Shown here: positions 29,459-44,544 of the stretch, piece after piece | Layout of the letters: each line of letters begins with the position of its first letter | How positions within the stretch are numbered: the first letter of the stretch is position 1 | Assembly: GCA_951406725.2 (NCBI GenBank) | Contig: OX597822.1 | Span: 65,410,001 to 65,474,000 of the forward strand | DNA length: 64,000 bases | Direction: 5' to 3' | Source: Octopus vulgaris | Taxonomy: Eukaryota | Position numbers and translations under genes: made by a program | The notes under the pieces: model-generated | The model's input: only the letters and a program-made list of their open reading frames with translations | What the model was told of the DNA's origin: nothing | Database searches by the model: none

Positions 29459-29860
29459 TTTTACTTGTTTCAGTCATTTGACTGCGGCCTTGCTGGAGCA
29501 CCGCCTTTAGTCGAACAAATCAACTCCAGGACATATTCTTTGTAAGCCTAGTACTTATTGTATCGGTCTGCTTTGCCGAACCCCTTAGCTACAGGGATAT
29601 AAACACACCAATGTCGGTTGTCAAGCAATGGTGGGGGGACAAACATATACACAAAAACACACACACACACATATATACACACACATGCATATATATAAAT
29701 ACGACGAGCTTCTTTCAGTTTCCACCTACCAAATCCATTCACAAGCCATTGGTCGTCTTGAAGCTATAGTAGAAGACACTTACGCAACATGCCTCGCAGT
29801 GGGGCTGAACCCGAAACCATGTGGTTGGGAAGCAAGCTTCTTACCACACAGCCACGCTTG
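29457..29860 (-). mobile_element. SINE family B
   Basis: Reverse complement of the 26005 element. Confidence 0.85.
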
Positions 29861-29862
29861 CG

Positions 29863-29919
<57 letters not shown>

Positions 29920-29950
29920 CATATATATACACATATACGTATATATATAC

Positions 29951-29998
<48 letters not shown>

Positions 29999-30013
29999 TT
30001 ATTATATAGAAGG

Positions 30014-30064
30014 AGCTTCTACAGGACTAGAACTGTTTCATTCAAGAGAAATCTTCAGGAAGCT
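30014..30064 (-). ncRNA. Type I hammerhead ribozyme
   Basis: Reverse complement of the 37145-37195 hammerhead. Confidence 0.82.
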
Positions 30065-31350
30065 AGTTAACAAGAATTGTATCGGCATTTATACATTTAG
30101 GCAGGTTTAAAGGGGTGTTGGTGGGGGACTTTTTGGGGGTAGGCATAGCGCAAAATATCATACTTGGGGGAGTGGTCAAGGAGTCAGTGTTAAATTAGAT
30201 AGAAGAATAAATAAAAAAAAAAAAAAATAAAATAAAATTAAAAAAAAAAATCTATATATAAAAAAAGGGGAATAGAGTTTTAGGTAAATAAGGAGATTCT
30301 CACTTATACCTATGCACACATGTATACATACATACACACACATACAAACATATATACATATACATACACACATACATACACACACATATATATACATATA
30401 TATACACTTACACATACATATACATATCTACACATACACATATATGTATACATACACACACTCACATGCATACACGTATACACACATGTATATATACACA
30501 CACGACCACACATACATATACGCACAGAAAAATATATATACACATACACACACATACTCACATACACGCATACACACACATATCCACACACACACATGCA
30601 CACACAGCACACTAGTCCCTATATACACATACACACACATATACACACACACACATACATATACATACATGTATATATATATATACATATATATACATAT
30701 GTGTACCTATGCATACCTACACACACACACATATATATACACATACAAATACAGACCCATTCCCTAATTTTAATTTTATTATCTTCGTTTATTACTTTTG
30801 TTATCTTTGGCCGCTTGGTCACAAACATCTTGGCTATGACAGCCAGTCCATTTATCTGTCTACTGGAAAACAAGCACTCATTCACTCACGCACACTCTTT
30901 AGCACGTATACTCACTCATTCGTACACTCATACACATACATGCACGCACGCGTTATATTCATACATACATACATCTACATACATTCACGTATATACACAT
31001 ACGTACGCGTACCTACAGATTCATGTCTACACTCTTAGAAGGCTAGTCTATATATATACACCAATAAATATAAATACACACACATACATATACACCTACA
31101 TACAAATACATACATGTATATATATATATATATTCACATATATATACGCATACATATACATACACACATACACACACATACGCATACACACACATATACA
31201 TATATATACACACATACACATACATACATATACACACATACACATACATACGTATACATACATACATACATCCATACATCCATACATACATACATTTATA
31301 CACATACACACACCCACATACATACATATATATACGCGCATATATATATA

Positions 31351-31440
<90 letters not shown>

Positions 31441-31445
<5 letters not shown>

Positions 31446-31622
31446 CATTATTGTATATAAGTGCATTGTAATAATGCCCTCTATACAATATAGATATAAT
31501 TAATTTGTTCAAAAGGAAAAAATTATTTTCGGATTCTTTTCTTTTATGAGGTTTTCACGCTAGCTACCCGATAATTTCTTGTTAAGATCCCTTATTAAGA
31601 GATTATCCTTAATTGTTAAACT
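31441..31622. mobile_element. Short insertion in (TA)n, present only in the left arm
   Basis: Starts with hairpin agggcattat...ataatgccct. The mirror position (~35880-35915) is plain (TA)n. Confidence 0.65.
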
Positions 31623-31664
<42 letters not shown>

Positions 31665-32056
31665 CATATATATTCATACACACACATACATATACATACA
31701 TACATATACAAATATACGCACACACATACATACATACTCATATACTCATACACGCACATACACATGTACATGCGTACCCATACACACACACACACACGCG
31801 CGCGCATCCATATATACACATAAGTACACCCATGCGTAAAAGTATACATATATCTATGCTTACACATACACACACACACACGCGCCTCCTTATATTCATA
31901 CTTACATGCATACTCAAAAAATAAGTAAATAGTAAAATATATATACGCGCAGTTATTCATACATGCATACTCAAAAGATAAATAATAAATATTAAGTATA
32001 TGTACGTGCAGTTGCCTATTATATAGACGGATACATACATATAAACTTACACACAT

Positions 32057-32103
<47 letters not shown>

Positions 32104-32177
32104 CATACATATATACACACACATATACACATACACATATACATACATATATATATATATACACACACACATACACA

Positions 32178-32229
<52 letters not shown>

Positions 32230-32446
32230 CTTACACACATGTACATATAAATACACACAGATAACTCTACGTACCTACATATACATAAACACACGAGCGT
32301 ACGCGTGTATGTACACATACACATACACATACACACGCATATATATACATACATACATACACATACACACATGTATACACACACACACACATACACATAT
32401 ATATACATACACATATATATACATATATATATATATACATATATAT

Positions 32447-33400
32447 GGCTGCCCATATCGGAGCAATCTCAAGATTAATCAGCCGAAATTGCTAAGATGA
32501 TCTGGTTCTTGACTGATGACTGAGGGCTTCGAATGTCCCGTCCTGTGGTTCTTGTGTCGTCTCTGTGGCGTTTCATGTTCTTGTCCATGTCTGTAATTAT
32601 TTTTACTGTTTACCTATATAATCGGCGGCTACGTATCCACAATTGTCCTTATACGATAAGTATATTTTTTTCTCAAGCATTGATACGACTCTTAATCTTT
32701 CTTTCTCTCTCTCTCTCCTCCCTTATTCCCCCTCCTTTCTTTCCCTCTCCATCCGTTTCCCCCCCCCCCTTCTACGTTTCTCTATCTCTCTCACCTCCAG
32801 CCCCCTCGATCTGTCTCTTTCTTCTCCTCCCTCGTCCACCTTCTCTCTCTTTTCATCTGTCCCTTTCTCTTGTCTTTTGTTCTCACGTGACCGCTGACCG
32901 CTGTTGAGCGCTCTTTTCGTTCCAGCAGCCGTTGAAGCAACACGTACTTGTTCGTCTCCCTGTGGCCATTAGGCACAACTTCATAAGCCAGCCCCATGCT
33001 CAATTCGTCCTGTCGAAAGACCCTTGTCCTAGGTCCTGGTTTTGTTTTGTTGTTTATTTTTTATACTTTATTTTTACCGTTATTGTTTTTACGTTTTTGT
33101 ATTCTTATTGTTGTCACGTATTCTGTATTTTTGTTCGTGTACTTCGTTCGTTTTCCGTCCTCGTGTTGTATACATTCGAAGCTTTCTTCCAGGGGATCTA
33201 ATGCAATTGGCTTAGATTTCCCGTGGCGGGCTGCCCATATCGGAGCAATCTCAAGATTAATCAGCCGAAATTGCTAAGATGATCTGGTTCTTGACTGATG
33301 ACTGAGGGCTTCGAATGTCCCGTCCTGTGGTTCTTGTGTCGTCTCTGTGGCGTTTCATGTTCTTGTCCATGTCTGTAATTATTTTTACTGTTTACCTATA
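32447..33400 (+). mobile_element. Non-coding element with identical ~170 bp direct terminal repeats (pseudo-LTR/retrozyme-like), left arm only
   Basis: 32447-32620 equals 33229-33402 (ggctgcccatatcggagc...tgtttacctatata), with a 782 bp period and no TG...CA termini. Confidence 0.8.
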
Positions 33401-33577
33401 TATATATATACATATATATATATACACATACACATACACACACATATATATACATGTGTGCAAACATACATACATTCTCATACAAGCACACACACTTACA
33501 TTTACATATATACACACACTTACACACATATATACATACACATGTACATACATACATACATACGTATATGCATACAT

Positions 33578-33612
<35 letters not shown>

Positions 33613-33703
33613 CATACATACATACACATACACAAACCCATACATATATATACACACATATATATATATACACATGCACATACTTATATCTCTACATACT
33701 CGC

Positions 33704-33746
<43 letters not shown>

Positions 33747-33975
33747 CACACACATACATATACCTATATACATGTATATATACACATACATATATATACA
33801 CATCTACAATTTGTATCTACACTCACATACCTGCACATACACATAACTCTACATACCTACATATACATCGACATACTCGCGTACACTCATATATATACAC
33901 ATATATACATATACACACACACATACATATACATATACACACACATATATATACATATATATGTGTATATATATG

Positions 33976-34009
<34 letters not shown>

Positions 34010-34089
34010 GTATGTATGTATATATGTATATATGTGTGTATGCATATGTATGTGTATATGTATGTGTGTATGTATGTGTATGTATGTAT

Positions 34090-34310
34090 AAAATATTATA
34101 TAATTAGGGCTTAGTAAAATAAATTACTTTGCCACATACTGAACTTTCTAGAAATAGCAGCCAATAAAGTGTTTTTAGCCTCTTCCACTACTTAGAGAAT
34201 ATTTTCCCTCAGACATTGTTTACTCATAAAAATAATGGTCCTTTTACATACTGAATACTTGGTGAAATTGATTAATAACTAATTAACTTTACCCTCAATT
34301 GTTGATATAC
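34090..34310. other. Non-microsatellite spacer at the centre of the giant inverted repeat, probably another short repeat element
   Basis: Shares atactgaacttt and agaaatagcag(c/t)caa motifs with the element at 62272-63099. Confidence 0.4.
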
Positions 34311-34441
34311 GTATGTGTGTGTATATATATGTGTGTGTATGTGTATATGTACATGTATGTATATGTGTATGTATGTATGTGTGTATGTATATGTATATAT
34401 ATATGTATGTATATGTATATATATATGTATATATACATGTA

Positions 34442-34495
<54 letters not shown>

Positions 34496-34545
34496 CATAT
34501 ATGTATGTGTGTGTATATGTGTATTATATATGTATATATTGTATA

Positions 34546-34576
<31 letters not shown>

Positions 34577-34750
34577 GTGTGTGTATATGTATATATGTGT
34601 ATATATATGAGTGTACGCGAGTATGTCGATGTATATGTAGGTATGTAGAGTTATGTGTATGTGCAGGTATGTGAGTGTAGATACAAATTGTAGATGTGTA
34701 TATATATGTATGTGTATATATACATGTATATAGGTATATGTATGTGTGTG

Positions 34751-34787
<37 letters not shown>

Positions 34788-35320
34788 GCGTAGTATGTAG
34801 AGATATAAGTATGTGCATGTGTATATATATATGTGTGTATATATATGTATGGGTATGTGTATGTGTATGTATGTATATATATATATATATATATATATAC
34901 ACAAACCCATACATATGTGTGTATGTATGTACACATGCATATACGTATGTATGTATGTACATATACATATATATATATGTGTAAGTGTGTATATATATGT
35001 AAATGTAAGTGTGTGTATTGTATGAGAATGTATGTATGTTTGCACACATGTATATATATGTGTGTGTATGTGTATATATATATATATGTATGTATATATA
35101 TGTATATATATATACACATATATATATATGTATACATATATATGTATATATATGTGTATATATATATGTATATATATGTGTGTATGTGTATGTATGTATG
35201 TATATATATGCGTGTGTATGTGTATGTGTATATGTACATATACGCGTACGCTCGTGTGTTTATGTATATGTAGGTACGTAGAGTTATCTATGTGTGTATT
35301 TATATGTACATGTGTGTAAG

Positions 35321-35383
<63 letters not shown>

Positions 35384-35440
35384 ATATATATATGTATGTA
35401 TGTGTGTATATGTGTATGTGTATATATGTGTGTATATATG

Positions 35441-35475
<35 letters not shown>

Positions 35476-35863
35476 ATGTGTGTAAGTTTATATGTATGTA
35501 TCCGTCTATATAATAGGTAACTGCACGTACATATACTTAATATTTATTATTTATCTTTTGAGTATGCATGTATGAATAACTGCGCGTATATATATTTTAC
35601 TATTTACTTATTTTTTGAGTATGCATGTAAGTATGAATATAAGGAGGCGCGTGTGTGTGTGTGTGTATGTGTAAGCATAGATATATGTATACTTTTACGC
35701 ATGGGTGTATGTGTATATATGGATGCGCGCGCGTGTGTGTGTGTGTATGGGTACGCATGTACATGTGTATGTGCGTGTATGAGTATATGAGTATGTATGT
35801 ATGTGTGTGCGTATATTTGTATATGTATGTATGTATATGTATGTGTGTGTATGAATATGTGTG

Positions 35864-35915
<52 letters not shown>

Positions 35916-36155
35916 TATATATATATATGCGCGTATATATATGTATGTATGTGGGTGTGTGTATGTGTATAAATGTATGTATGTATGGATGTATGGATGT
36001 ATGTATGTATGTATACGTATGTATGTGTATGTGTGTATATGTATGTATGTGTATGTGTGTATATATATGTATATGTGTGTATATGCGTATATGTGTGTAT
36101 GTATGTATGTGTATGTATATATGTGTATATATATGTGAATATATATATGTGTGTA

Positions 36156-36196
<41 letters not shown>

Positions 36197-36624
36197 ATTT
36201 GTATGTAGGTGTACATGTATGTGTGTGTATTTATATTTATTGGTGTATATATATATAGACTAGCCTTCTCAGAGTGTAGACATGAATCTGTAGGTACGCG
36301 TATGTGTATGTACGTATGTGTATATACGTGAATGTATGTAGATGTATGTATGTATGAATATAACGCGTGCGTGCGTGTATGTGTATGAGTGTACGAATGA
36401 GTGAGTGTACGTGCTAAAGAGTGTGCGTGAGTGAATGAGTGCTTGTTTTCCAGTAGACAGATAAATGGACTGGCTGTCATAGCCAAGATGTTTGTGACCA
36501 AGCGGCCAAAGATAACAAAAGTAATAAACGAAGATAATAAAATTAAAATTAGGGAATGGGTCTGTATTTGTATGTGTATATATATATGTGTGTATGTAGG
36601 TATGCATAGGTACACATATGTATA

Positions 36625-36667
<43 letters not shown>

Positions 36668-37144
36668 GTATGTGTGTGTGTATATGTGTGTATGTATGTG
36701 TATATAGGGACTAGTGTGCTGTGTGTGCATGTGTGTGTGTGGATATGTGTGTGTATGCGTGTATGTGAGTATGTGTGTGTATGTGTATATATATTTTTCT
36801 GTGCGTATATGTATGTGTGGTCGTGTGTGTGTATATATACATGTGTGTATACGTGTATGCATGTGAGTGTGTGTATGTATACATATATGTGTATGTGTAG
36901 ATATGTATATGTATGTGTAAGTGTATATATATTATTTTATGTGTTTATGTTTTTATGTATTATGTTTTATTTTATTTTATGTGTTTTTTTTTTTTTATTT
37001 ATTCTTCTATCTAATTTAACACTGACTCCTTGACCACTCCCCCAAGTATGATATTTTGCGCTATGCCTACCCCCAAAAAGTCCCCCACCAACACCCCCTT
37101 AAACCTGCCTAAATGTATAAATGCCAATACAATTCTTGTTAACT

Positions 37145-37195
37145 AGCTTCCTGAAGATTTCTCTTGAATGAAACAGTTCTAGTCCTGTAGAAGCT
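37145..37195 (+). ncRNA. Type I hammerhead ribozyme, complete core
   Basis: agcttc-CTGAAGA-t ttc tctt gaa t-GAAA-cag ttctagtc ctg-TA-gaagct. 6-bp stem I, stem III acag/ctgt, GUA cleavage triplet. Confidence 0.85.
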
Positions 37196-37278
37196 CCTTC
37201 TATATAATAAATTAATTTTACTCTGCTATGTATTGAGTACCTTATTTACTGTGGTTAACCCCGAATCAACCCGGGACC

Positions 37279-37319
<41 letters not shown>

Positions 37320-37334
37320 TTCTTCATATATTTC

Positions 37335-37378
<44 letters not shown>

Positions 37379-37570
37379 TATATACATATGCATATACATA
37401 TATACATATATATTTGCGTGCGTGTATACATGTTTCTGCATTCACATACGCACGCATTTATATATATATATGTATGTATTATGTATGTATGTATGTATGT
37501 ATGTATGTATGTATGTATGTATGTATGTATGTATCTGTATGTATATATATATTTCTGTTAGTGCATTTAC

Positions 37571-37601
<31 letters not shown>

Positions 37602-39499
37602 GATATGTGGAAGTTTTTGCTTGTAAGAGTATATATGCATCTTTCGATTAAAACTGATGATGAAGCAAATCCGCAAATACCACGGAAGAAAAAAAAATAC
37701 GACTGAGAAGACATGTATAGATAGGAAACAGGAGAATGTGTGTCTTTATGCATGTCGTCTGTATATGTGTGTGTGTATGAGTGCGTGTGTGTGTGTAACA
37801 GAGAGAAGTGTGTGAGAGAAGGAGTGAGTGAGAGTGTAAGCGGATAGAAAGGGAGATGGAGGGAACTGCACGCTCATATAGCTATGCACATAAATTCACG
37901 AATAGTTATATAAATAGAGACAGATTATGAGAAATGCATAGACTGAGAACGGATCAAAACATGATATGATGTTATATATATAGAACAGAATATTTCAAAT
38001 ATAACTGTAAACAGCCGAACAAAAATATTACAAATATAGATTGAAGCGAAAATTATATTTCGTTTCATTCATACAACAAAATAAAAACCGCAAATATTGT
38101 ACACACACTCTCATATAGTCAAACCGATACGCTACCATATATACAAATAGACACGTAAATATACGAGAAAAAACAACAGAATGCAAAATACAAAACATCA
38201 CTTACAGACTGGTGAATGAGCTGGCAGACTTGTATAAATATATATTAAAAGATATTTCGAAATATAAACATGCACCTCACAGACGCATATAGAAGCAAAC
38301 ATTGATATGAATTTCAAATACACCAAGCAATGCATTGAGACTTAATAAGCACACATGTGCACAGACGTACAAACACACACACATCACACAAGGAGACAAT
38401 TTCATAAAACAAAAGAGAAACAAAATCCAAAACCTTTGTGGAAAAACACAAATATACACGTGAACAGAGAGACTCAGAGACATGCATACGCACAGAAACA
38501 CGCACTCGCATTCAACTGAAAGACAAATAATTAAAGTAAGAAACCAAGCAAAAATTAATATATAAACAAAACACAAAAAGCTATCAGTAGTACCTACCAA
38601 AAGTCTCTATAATTCACACCATTTATTTGAAATATTTTTTATACAGCCTGAAATACAATTATCTTGATCCATCTCTCTTTATCATTGTTGAATTATGCCG
38701 TTGCACATAACAAATTATATTTAAATTATAGCTCGAAACTAAATATTATAAATAACTTTCAATGCATCATTCGTGTTATTAATAATATAAGTAGTTCGAA
38801 AGTGAAAACGCTTTACAAAGTTTCATATTTTATTTTAGTTTATTTTTCTCTTCCTTTCATTCATTCTATATTTTTGCTTATTTTATTCTCGTCTATTTAT
38901 CTTGGTTCCCCCTTTTTTTTATCCTTCATCCTTTTATTTCATTTATTCGATGTTTATCCTTTCGTAATTCTCGAGTTCTTTTATATATATATTCTTGACA
39001 ATTAATTCCTGTAAGCGGATATCTGTGCGTATGTGTATATTATACATGTATGTGCACATTGTCAGTAACGTGCATACCGTACATGTTTTTTCATGTGTAT
39101 GCGCGCATGTATTTACTTGTGTTTTTATCAGTGTGCGTATGTTTTTGTTTACATTTGTGTGTGAACGTAAATGTGTGTGTGTGTGGGCGTAAATTGATAC
39201 AGTTTGTGCTTCGTGTTCGCAAACTGATAAAAATAAGTGAACTCAATACTGTTGTTAGAGTATAGTTTAATTCGTGTGTGGCTGATTTCAAAATACTATA
39301 GTGAATATCAGTTTTAAAATTCTGATTTGTTATGCTGTTGTTTCACCGGAGAAATACGTTATGTAAAGCTGTGTATATCTCGTGTAGGATGTAGTGAATT
39401 ATAAGTTTTATTGTGCTGTGACATATTGCCTTGAAGGCTGATGAGAAATATTCATATAATTATCATTTTTGCGATGTAAAACAAGCAAACAAACAAAAA

Positions 39500-39668
39500 A
39501 GGCGCTGGTATGGCTGTGTAGGAAGAAGCTTTCTTCCCCAAAACATAGCTCCGTGTTAAGTCCTACTGCATGGCACCTTGGGCATGTTGTCTTCTATTTG
39601 TAGCCTCGCGCTGAATAAAGGCTCCTGGGTGGGTTCAGTAGGCGGAAATTGAAAGAAACCCATCGTGT
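39500..39668 (+). mobile_element. Diverged 5' half of SINE family B
   Basis: tggctgtgtaggaagaagc...ggcaccttgggcatg...ggaaattgaaagaaacccatcg. Confidence 0.7.
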
Positions 39669-40739
39669 ATAATTATATATATGGAAATTTGTTTTTGAAA
39701 GTGCACCTGAATTTGAAAAACATGTAGTTGTCTTTAAATAGATTTATTTTCATATATAGCAAACTAGTCTCAACAATTTTTTGTCTATCAATGATACAAA
39801 TATATATAAGACAATGGGGTTTTAACAGAAATTAAAATTACGAAGTAGAAATCGGACAAACACGTTTAAACGATCAAATGTTCACATAAAACTAAATGAC
39901 AGGGATAGATAATATCAAAGTAAATGTTCGGTCATATTGCGTTATTATAGAGTACGTGGACAAGAGAGAGAGAGAAAAAGAAAAGAAGAGAGTAAAAGAA
40001 ATTTTGCTAGTTTCTATCATCTTGCTTGTAGTTCTTTTTTCCATCGCGTATTGGGCTTTTAGAAGTAACGTAATATAGTTTGCATGTGACACGGTTTAAG
40101 ATGGAAGAACCGTTAGGACGCCGAGCTAATTGCTTATCAGCATTTCGTCTGTCTTTACGGTCTGAGTTCAAATTCCACCGAAGTCATCTCTGCCTTTCAT
40201 CCTTTCGGTGTCGATAGAATAAATACCGGAGGAGTACTGGTAATTGCTGGCCTCGCACCAAAATTTGAAACCAATATGGTTTGCATATGATGCAAATGTG
40301 CATAAATATGCATATACACGCTCACATGCACAGCCAGCAAATGTGCAAGCGCACACAAGTGTGTGGGTATGTGCTCATATAATTTTTCTTTTTTTATAGT
40401 ATTAGATTTTAGTTAGCAACGTATTCACAAGCGGCTTTAGAAATCATTTTGCCCTATGAACGATCCAGGGTGTATCAGTCTGAAAGTTTGTGTTTTTTAT
40501 ACTAGCACTTCAGTGGGCAAAAGTAGAAAATGACCGTTATGCGTTCTAAACTTCGAACGCTGAGAAGCGGAACAAATAACGCAACGCATTCAACCCTATA
40601 ACAGCAATACCAATCGAAATCATTTTACACACCGACACGTATGTATGTATGTATCATGTGCAATGTATGTAGGGCTATATGTCTATATATTTAATTATCC
40701 ATGTATTTATATATGTCCATACGTATTTATGTATACATG

Positions 40740-40915
40740 TCATTATTCAGTTTTATTTCAAGATTTCTAGCCAATAGAGAAAGAGTCGGTTTCTAACCTA
40801 GATCCAAGGGTCCTTCGTTGGAATTTCAACACCAGCAGGATATTCTTGTATGTTTGAGCATGCGTGTGCATATTGTGGAGTCAATGCATGTGCAGATTTG
40901 TATGTTTTGCTTTAT
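40740..40915 (-). mobile_element. 3' UTR module of the TACA-associated LINE, without ORF
   Basis: ccaatagagaaagagtcggtttctaacctagatccaag matches 50110-50150, 50215-50270 and 56885-56940. Confidence 0.7.
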
Positions 40916-41731
40916 ATGTATGCATGTATGTATTTATGTAGGTATGTTGTACGTGTGTACGTATGTATGTATTTATGTATCTATGAATATATGTATGTAT
41001 GCATGTATGTACGTATATATGTATGTATGTATGCATGTATATATACATATACAAGAGTATAGGCACGTAAATGACAATCAGCATAAATACATTTCTGATT
41101 TCTATAAAAGTCAATGTATAAATACAGACTTAATCTTGACGTATATCTTTTTTGTAAATGATACCATTAGATTAACGTAATAGAGTCTCGTACGGTTAAG
41201 TAACAATCAGGAAAGCTACGCCACTATTTATTCTTATCTTCCTACAAATCATGACGGCAACGACTCACAGTCTTACAATCGTGTCATACGTAAATGTCTG
41301 CTGATTTGGGGAACGCGATAGATTATCAGTTTTATAGCCTTTACATAAACAAATACCAGGTAGCTCTTGGTTCAGGCTTTCGTATATATGTGCGCATGTT
41401 TGTGTGACTATGTGTATATGTGTGTGTATGCATGCATATGTGTGTATGTTTGTATATATATATATATATATATATGCGTGTGTATATCTATAAATATACG
41501 TACACACACATAAATATATGGCTGATGGTTGTAGCTGTTTTTGTCGTCTGCTGGCATTCATTTATTGGCAGGGACCCTTTTTCTCGATTTGGCGTATACA
41601 TCCGTTTACATGACATTATGAGCTGTGCTATCTATTACATGCTGTTCTGTTTATTTTCTATACTCTCAAGAGACACGCACATATATATGCGTGTGTATAT
41701 CTATAAATATACGTACACACACACACATAGA

Positions 41732-41776
<45 letters not shown>

Positions 41777-41859
41777 TATGTGTGTATGTATCAAACACAT
41801 GTGTGCATGTGTATACATGCGTATACACACACACACACAGACATATATATGTATGTATG

Positions 41860-41913
<54 letters not shown>

Positions 41914-42559
41914 TGTGTTTGTGTATCAAACACATGTGTGCATGTGTATACATGCGTATACACACACACACAGACATATATATGTATGTATATATAGTGT
42001 ATATTTTATTAGGAACTGTAGCTTTTCGAGTCGCAACTCTGATTTTCTGGTTGCCTGTCATGGAACCGGTTGCCATAATGAAACGAGATGATTTTTAACT
42101 AAAAATCTTTCGCAAACACATCCAAACACGCTTTGCAATCATATTATTATTGGGTACTTAAAGACGCTTCAATAATACTTAACGTATTCCACTAATCTAT
42201 TGTCATGTGCAAATCTCCTGATACATATTCAGCACATCACACGCCAGAACAAGAGATATATTCATGGCTCCAGAATGATGCATATAAAGCACAAAAAATC
42301 AAGGAAAGAGCCTGTTCTGGATGCAATTTTCAACAAATTTCTAAAATCATATAAAGATATTTTTAATTGCGGCGAGTTCATTATGCAAGAATTTTACTAG
42401 TTTACCAAGTATCAAATTGGAAATTTCCTATGAAATATTCATGGAAATCCCTGTAAGATTAGTCTAATTCCTATCTTTCACTCAAAATTAGAAAAAGTGC
42501 ATGCTGGAAGATGCATCGATAACAACTTCTCGTTCTGTTATTGTAAGGAGGCGGTTACG

Positions 42560-42950
42560 GTGGCGAACTGGCAGGATCGTTAGTACGCCGGGCAAAATGC
42601 TTTGCAGTATTTAATCCATTATTTACATAATTTACAATTGACGGATATTTGTCTTCATCTTGTCTGTTGTTAACACAACGTTTCGGCTGATATACCCTCA
42701 ACAACAAACAAGATGAGGACAAATATCCGTCAATTGTAAATAATGTACATAATTCCTCATCTCTTAAATATAGAACTGTAGATTTAGTCCGTCTTTACGT
42801 TCTGAGTTCAAATTTCACCGAGGTCGACTTTGCTTTTCATCCTCTTGCGAGTCAATAAACTAAGTACCAGTGTAACACTGGCGTCGATGTAATCTACTAG
42901 TCCCCTCCTACAAAATTTCAGGCTTTGTGTCTTTTGTTGAAAGGATTATT
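42560..42950 (+). mobile_element. SINE family A interrupted by a palindromic PLE-like insert (42618-42780)
   Basis: SINE head stops at atttaatcc and resumes at atttagtcc. Insert arms are 42618-42671 and 42700-42753, with tail 42754-42780. Confidence 0.8.
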
Positions 42951-43788
42951 GTAAGAGACGGAAAAGGTGGCAGAATAAGACGGAAAGGTGGCAGAATAAG
43001 ACGGAAAGGTGGCAGAATAATTTACGGCATTTCGTCTGTTTTTACATTCTGAGTTTAAATTACGCCAAGGTCGACTTTACCTTACATATTTCTGGGGACG
43101 ATGAAAGAATTACCAGCTGCGCACAGAGGTCAAAGTAATCTACTAACCGCTCCCCATTATTTTCAGTCCTTGTATCTATAGTAAAGAGTATTATTATAAG
43201 GGGATGCGATTTCTTATGCCAATCACTTTTTACGATCCATAAACTCCCAAAATTTATCATCACGTCTTAAATTTAGTACCATTCCATATATTTATGTATA
43301 AAACTCTAAAATACACTTCATCTCTTTCATATAAGAATCCCATGAAATAAAAAAGTTTATGGGCTCTAGTAATATTCTTTTTACTAATTTATTCATGTAG
43401 AGATAATGATGAATTTGATAGAAATAAAATGTCAAATAACTGCAATTACGATATTGAAAATACGTAAGTGCTATATGAAGAAAATAGCAACGAACTGGAT
43501 GCCTTCAGAATAAGCATACGGTCTACTTCTAGACTATTATATTTCCGTCATTAAAATTTAAGATAAATGGCCAGGAGAAAACAACCACGCTATTAATTAT
43601 ATTATTTATAAAATCTTCTCAACATTCTTTTCCTCATTTCCTAGAAACATGCTCTTAAGCGTAACCAGCCACTTTCATCTAAAATACATTGACGGAAATT
43701 TATAAATGAAAATCTTACGGTGCACGCGGACTTGCCGCGGTCTGGAAACCTCTGTTGAAGAAGAGGTTAATGATATGCATATCTATCC

Positions 43789-43844
<56 letters not shown>

Positions 43845-43853
43845 GTCTATCTG

Positions 43854-43888
<35 letters not shown>

Positions 43889-44005
43889 CTCTAATTATAT
43901 ACATACACACACACTAGTTATAAAATATGTCCAAGACATGTGTTACATTACGATGGCACACATTCAACTCCATCAAAAGATAATGGTGCGAGATATATAC
44001 ATATG

Positions 44006-44086
<81 letters not shown>

Positions 44087-44090
44087 AAGT

Positions 44091-44470
44091 AAATAAAGTT
44101 GGAAGAGGCACAGAAATTTTAGAGAATGTTTAATAAGATATAACCGGTTTCGATGTATGCGTATTATCAAATATTAGAAATATTGGAAGGATTTTTGTGG
44201 GTGTCAGAGAGAAAAACATTTTTGTGGGGTTTAACAATCTGTACCTATATTTGGGTTCTTAAGCTGATTAAGAACTTAAATATGGGTACAGGCTGTTAAA
44301 CCCTCCCCAAAATGTTTTTTTCTCTCTCTGATTTTCCAAAAAATTCTTTGTAATATTTGATACGATGCATACATCGAAACCGGTTACACTTTATTAAACA
44401 TATTCTAAAATTTACTTCTGTGCCTTTTCCAACTTTATTTTTTAAATATAATTTTTGATTTCTTAATTTC
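44091..44470. mobile_element. Diverged palindromic element with tail, after (TA)n
   Basis: Arms 44091-44262 and 44268-44440. Contains gatg cata catc-GAAA-ccgg-TT, a hammerhead half with decayed CUGANGA. Confidence 0.75.
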
Positions 44471-44544
44471 TATGTACTGTTCATCCCTCTCTCTTTCTCT
44501 GTCTCACCCCCCCTCTCTCTCTCTACATATATTGTTTTATTTGT

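Larger units (their letters stand above)
29997..37281. mobile_element. Giant inverted repeat (arms ~29997-33940 and ~34560-37212) with one-sided tail 37213-37281
   Basis: Mirror-image unique anchors: 30005-30215/36990-37205, 30753-30880/36434-36562, 31882-32035/35497-35650, 33801-33888/34609-34696. Confidence 0.92.
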
